Below, one piece after another: positions 59,969-64,000 of a stretch of 64,000 bases of DNA. How positions within the stretch are numbered: the stretch's first letter is position 1; each line of letters begins with the position of its first letter. Made by a program: the position numbers and the translations under genes. A model generated the notes under the pieces. It saw only the letters and a list, made by a program, of their open reading frames with translations, searched no databases and was not told the DNA's origin. The DNA comes from an uncultured delta proteobacterium (GTDB taxonomy: Bacteria; Desulfobacterota; Syntrophorhabdia; Syntrophorhabdales; WCHB1-27): assembly GCA_963810935.1 (NCBI GenBank), contig CAWEPK010000011.1, forward strand, positions 32,001 to 96,000, given 5' to 3'.

Positions 59969-60556
59969 ATGGAAGATAAAGAATACACACGGACGATCTG
60001 CGAGATACTCGGTTCCGTTATTCCGATACTCGAACAGGCTAGGAGGTGCATCTTCGCTGAGGACAGGGGTTGCCTCGATAAGGCCAACGCGGCACTGAAA
60101 GAAGCACTGAAGTCCTATCTCCCGCTTGCAGAAGAGCTTATGCGCAAGAAGGAGAAGAGCGCGGCCGAGCTCAGGTTCCTGACCGTCCTGCCTTGCATCC
60201 AGAAGCTCGGTATCAACATCGGCGACCTCCTGAGAGCGTCGACAACCAAGCTAGACTGCGGCGTACCCTTCACCGACAAAGGTCTCAATGAGATCAAGGA
60301 CGTCATAGCCGGGGCCCAGGGCCTCGCAATGGACACAAAGGATGTCTTCATAACGAAGAACCGCCACTTGGGCCAGCGCGTGCAGTCCGACGTCGAACGG
60401 CTTTACGAGATGGTCGACGCTTTCTCCCTGGAACACCAGGACAGGCTTATAAAGGGCTCCTGCTCCGCGAAGGCCTCTTATCTCTATCTGGATATGATGG
60501 AGGCCCTGAAGAGGACGGTGCTCCAGCTCGCTGCCCTTTCCAAGGAGGCCTTGTAG
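59969..60556 (+). CDS. Stand-alone PhoU-like helical protein (resembles Na/Pi cotransporter C-terminal domain)
   Basis: PFTDKGLNEI, EHQDRLIKGSC..KAS..YLDM; RBS GGAGG. Confidence 0.65.
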   Translation: MEDKEYTRTICEILGSVIPILEQARRCIFAEDRGCLDKANAALKEALKSYLPLAEELMRKKEKSAAELRFLTVLPCIQKLGINIGDLLRASTTKLDCGVPFTDKGLNEIKDVIAGAQGLAMDTKDVFITKNRHLGQRVQSDVERLYEMVDAFSLEHQDRLIKGSCSAKASYLYLDMMEALKRTVLQLAALSKEAL

Positions 60557-61068
60557 CGGCGAGGCCGATAAGATTGTAAGGTTGTATGAAATGTTCACAG
60601 GAAAATTATTAGACACGTTGGGTGACTGCCAATGTGACGATGACGACTACCCAGCCTCTCAATCTCGCCATCGACTTCAACGCGGGCGAGGACATAGTGG
60701 ACAACACGAGGAACGGCCACCTTGAATATTATCTCAAGCCCAGGCTTGCCAATTTCGACATGGACCACGCGGGCGCCATACTGGGCACCATCGACCCGAT
60801 TTCTGCGGGCAACGCCTCCACCGCCATTTTCGTGTTCAAGGCCGAGCAAGTAAATTTATAAGATAGTACGAGCCGTACCGCTGCCAAACCGACATATGAC
60901 AATTTGAGAGCCGGATAGGGGCAGCCTTCATTTTCTGCCCCTTGCGGGGAACTGCCGGGAGAGCATGACAGGCCGTTGGCTATGGTCATAGAAGTGTCCC
61001 GTTTGACGCCGGCAACCCCATCCATAATGGCTTCTAAAAATGCCCCTGCACGGCGTCCAGCTTTTCTC

Positions 61069-61137
61069 TTGACAAGAGGATGCCAGTCTAATATCATCAT
61101 GGGATACAAGTGCAAACAGACGTTTGCATATGTGAAC
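61069..61137 (+). promoter_or_regulatory. sigma70 promoter plus IclR-type operator
   Basis: TTGACA 61069-74, 17 bp, TATCAT; GTTTGCATATGTGAAC 61122-37 shares CATATGTGAA with the 11660 box. Confidence 0.65.
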
Positions 61138-61156
61138 AATTGAAAGGTGCAGCACG

Positions 61157-61991
61157 ATGGCTATTGTGAAGTCCGCAGATAGGGTCATTCTCATACTGGA
61201 GACTATCTCTGTCAGGGATAACGGCATCACCCATGGCGAGCTTTCGAGGATCTCCGGCATTCCAAAGGGGAGTCTCTCGCCCCTGCTGTCGAACCTCGTT
61301 GACCGCGATTACCTGATATTCGACGCATCGAGCAAGCGGTACGCGCTCGGCCCGAAACTTATGGCCCTCAGCTCCACGTTACCTCTCGACGTATCATCTG
61401 GTGCGCATCAGCCGGCCGATCATGCAGGATCTCGTTGGGGAGATTAATGAGGATGCCGAGCTTGCCGTAATGAAAGATAGCGAAATTCTTTTTCTCTATG
61501 GAGTGGACAGCTCTAGGCCGCTGAGACACGTCATTGCTGTCGGCGACCGCGCCCCCGCCTACCCGATAGCGGCCGGAAAAGCGATCCTCGCGTATCTCCC
61601 GGACGGTGAGATCGCCGATTATCTTTCCACGGTAACGCTGACGCCCTTTACCGAGAACACCATAACCGATCCGGATGCGCTGAGGCGCGAGCTGCACAAA
61701 GTTCGCTCGGAAGGAGTTGCCTCCGGTTACGGGGAATATTACGAGGATATCAACTCGATCGCCGCCCCTATTTTCAACATGTACGGCCGTGTGGCCGGGT
61801 CTCTCGTCGTGCCCCTGCTGAGTATCCGCCTCGATCCCGAGCGGTACCGGTTTATCGACACACGGTTGCGGAGCGCTGCGGCAAGGATATCGCGCCAGCT
61901 CGGTTTCGAGGCGGATACTAAAAGAGAACGGGTGGCCGGAAGAAGAAAAGAAGAGGGGTGGAAAGGCGCGGGTAAAGACAAAATCCAATGA
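61157..61991 (+). CDS. IclR-family regulator, paralog of 11711; frameshift ~61375
   Basis: MAIVKSADRVILILE, HGELSR, NEDAELAV, AGKAILA, TENTITD. Confidence 0.88.
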
Positions 61992-62005
61992 AAGGAGGCA
62001 ACGTT

Positions 62006-63664
62006 ATGCCAATACAAGGTTGTGCACCCTATGCGAGCGCCGATATCGAGAAGTATGCCGCGATGAGGTGGTGGCTCGGCATGACATGGGGGGATTTCTT
62101 CGACAAACATACCGATATATATCCCGATAAAATCGGCCTGGTGGACGACGCGGGCCGATGGACCAACCGGGAACTCCGCCGGGCCGTCGACAAGCTGGCT
62201 GTCGGCCTCATGGAGCTGGGCATCAAGGAAAAAGACCGTGTCCTTTTGCAGCTTCCGAACTGGCACGAATTTATGTTTTCCTGGCTCGCCATCCAGAAGA
62301 TTGGGGCTATCGTCGTCGTTTTGATTCCACGGCACAGCGCGATGGAAATCAGCCATCTCGCCAGGCAGACGAAGCCCGTCGCCTGGATCCTTCCACAGCA
62401 GTACGGCAAGATCGCATACCAGCCGGTCATCGATGCGGTATGCAAGGAAAACCCCGGGATAAAGCACGTAATCCAGGCAAGGACATCCGGAGAGACACCG
62501 CATCATACCCTCGACAAGCTGATGGCGCGCATGGAGCCGACCCGTCAGGAGCTAAAGGTCCTGGATGAGAGACGTCCCGACCCGGACGAGGTCTCCCAGA
62601 TCCTCCCCACCGGCGGCACCACGGGAATGCCGAAACTAAGCCCGCGCACGCACAATTGCTATTGGAATAATGTCGAGTATCATACTTACCGGTGGGAATT
62701 GACGAGCCGGGACACCTTGATGGTCATCACGCCCCTGGGCCACAACCTGAGCGTCCACTGGGGCATGGCCGCATCCCTTTTTTGCCATGCCAAGCTCGTA
62801 TTGCTCGATTCAACCAAGCCGGACGACATATGCGCGTGGGTCCAGCAAGAGAAAGTAACGGCGATTCCGACTGTTCCCGCTTTGATAGCACGGGTCGTGC
62901 AGATGGAAAACCTCGGCGCCTATGACCTGAGCTCGCTCAAGAAGATATCGGTCGGCGGCGCCCCGAGCACTTACGAGCTGGTCAAGACCGTCGGTGAGAA
63001 GATCGGCGCACTTTTTGTCAACGGGTTCGGCTCGGTGGAGGGCACATGCTCTAGCACGATGCTGGGCGACAGCATCGACCTGATATGCGGCAGCGTGGGC
63101 AAGCCGATATGTCCTTACGACGAGCTGAAAATCGTCGACCAGGAAGACAGGGAAGTTCCCACCAACGTGGACGGTGAGCTCGTGTCGAAGGGTCCCGGCA
63201 TTTTTACCGGTTATTTCGACTCTTCTGAGGAGGATAGGGCAAGAGTCTTTACAAAGGACGGATTTTTCAGGACCGGCGACCAGGCAAAGAAAGACGAGGC
63301 CGGCAATATCTGGGTCACGGGCCGCATCAAGGACATCATTATCCGGGGTGGTGAGAATATCAGCGCCGTGGAGATCGAGAATATGATGAGCACGCATCCG
63401 GCCGTCGCCGATTCCGCCGTAGTCGGCATGCCAGACAAGATCCTCGGCGAGAGGACGTGCGCCTTTATAGTTCCGAAACCCGGCTCTACGCCCACGCTCG
63501 AAGGCATCGTCTCCTTTCTTAAGGAGCAAGGGGCCTCGGTCCTGCAGCTCCCCGAAAGGATAGAGGTCGTGGAAGACCTGCCCATGACGAAGGTGGGCAA
63601 GGTGGATAAGAAGGGCCTCAGGGAAGTGATCAAGAAGAAGATGGAGGCAGAAGGAAAGATATAG
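62006..63664 (+). CDS. Aryl-acid adenylating enzyme/CoA ligase (DhbE-like)
   Basis: TGGTTGMPKLSPRTHN, PLGHN, FGSVEG, GFFRTGD, IIRGGENIS, LPERIE, GKVDKK. Confidence 0.9.
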   Translation: MPIQGCAPYASADIEKYAAMRWWLGMTWGDFFDKHTDIYPDKIGLVDDAGRWTNRELRRAVDKLAVGLMELGIKEKDRVLLQLPNWHEFMFSWLAIQKIGAIVVVLIPRHSAMEISHLARQTKPVAWILPQQYGKIAYQPVIDAVCKENPGIKHVIQARTSGETPHHTLDKLMARMEPTRQELKVLDERRPDPDEVSQILPTGGTTGMPKLSPRTHNCYWNNVEYHTYRWELTSRDTLMVITPLGHNLSVHWGMAASLFCHAKLVLLDSTKPDDICAWVQQEKVTAIPTVPALIARVVQMENLGAYDLSSLKKISVGGAPSTYELVKTVGEKIGALFVNGFGSVEGTCSSTMLGDSIDLICGSVGKPICPYDELKIVDQEDREVPTNVDGELVSKGPGIFTGYFDSSEEDRARVFTKDGFFRTGDQAKKDEAGNIWVTGRIKDIIIRGGENISAVEIENMMSTHPAVADSAVVGMPDKILGERTCAFIVPKPGSTPTLEGIVSFLKEQGASVLQLPERIEVVEDLPMTKVGKVDKKGLREVIKKKMEAEGKI

Positions 63665-63697
63665 CTGCGCGTAAATTTCTACAAGGAGGGGCAAAGC

Positions 63698-64000
63698 ATG
63701 CAGAAGGAAGAGTATCAGGTAGTAGGCAAGCCCGTTGAGAGAACGGACGGAAGGGTCAAAGCGACGGGCAAGGCGCGTTATGCCGGGGACCTCATTGCGC
63801 CGGGTATGATTTACGGCAAGATACTGCGGAGCACCGTAGCCCATGCAAATATACTGAACATCGATACGAGCGCCGCAAAAAAGCTTCCCGGGGTGATGGC
63901 CGTCATCACGGGAAAGGATTTCCCCGGCATCCCTTTCGGTACCAGGCCCGACACGAGGGACCAGACACCCATGCCCATCACCAAGGTGCACCATTTCGGC
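63698..64000 (+). CDS. XDH-family molybdopterin subunit N-terminus (copy 4), truncated by window edge
   Basis: MQKEEYQVVGKPVER.DGRVKATGKARYA...GKDFPGIPFGTRPDTRDQ.PMPITKVHHFG, nearly identical to copy 1 in this part. Confidence 0.9.
   Translation, partial: MQKEEYQVVGKPVERTDGRVKATGKARYAGDLIAPGMIYGKILRSTVAHANILNIDTSAAKKLPGVMAVITGKDFPGIPFGTRPDTRDQTPMPITKVHHFG

Noticed and set aside
2191..61991. Calling the ten frameshifted genes pseudogenes or programmed frameshifts
   Set aside because: Single-base indels only, no other decay, no common slippery heptamer, and a strong AGCT context bias; sequencing error is the simpler explanation.
1..64000. Long antisense and alternate-frame ORFs (e.g. 7241-8338, 19859-21181, 22846-24657, 41040-42350, 55419-57551)
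   Set aside because: They overlap well-supported genes, show no family motifs, and are expected shadows of high-GC codon bias.
1..64000. tRNA, rRNA, known riboswitches, transposases, integrases, prophage or defence genes
   Set aside because: None recognised by eye; a covariance-model/HMM scan would be needed to exclude them formally.

Overview
GC-rich bacterial chromosomal segment. Gene content fits an anaerobic, aromatic-degrading Desulfobacterota/deltaproteobacterium; this is inference, and no marker gene fixes the taxon. Housekeeping and metal genes: trpS, bioB, an Rrf2 regulator, a rhodanese-MoeB/E1 fusion with a divergent GG-terminated partner, and a CusCBA-type efflux operon. Most of the window is aroyl/acyl-CoA catabolism: three complete xanthine-dehydrogenase-family Mo/FAD/2Fe-2S sets plus the start of a fourth Mo subunit, five CoA/AMP ligases, a Bzd-type class I benzoyl-CoA-reductase-like ONPQ set co-transcribed with a 4-hydroxybenzoyl-CoA-reductase-like set, a sigma54-driven ABC transporter operon and a TRAP binding protein. 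A block at ~49-53.7 kb carries five ModE-type boxes and a short ModE. It includes an exported protein fusing two sulfite-oxidase-like domains, a CxxCH motif and a tetrapyrrole-methylase domain. Ten genes carry 12 single-base frameshifts, 9 of them in or next to AGCT, which suggests motif-specific read errors (possibly host methylation) rather than real pseudogenes. No rRNA, tRNA, CRISPR array or transposase was recognised. Family assignments come from motif recognition by eye; no database search was run.
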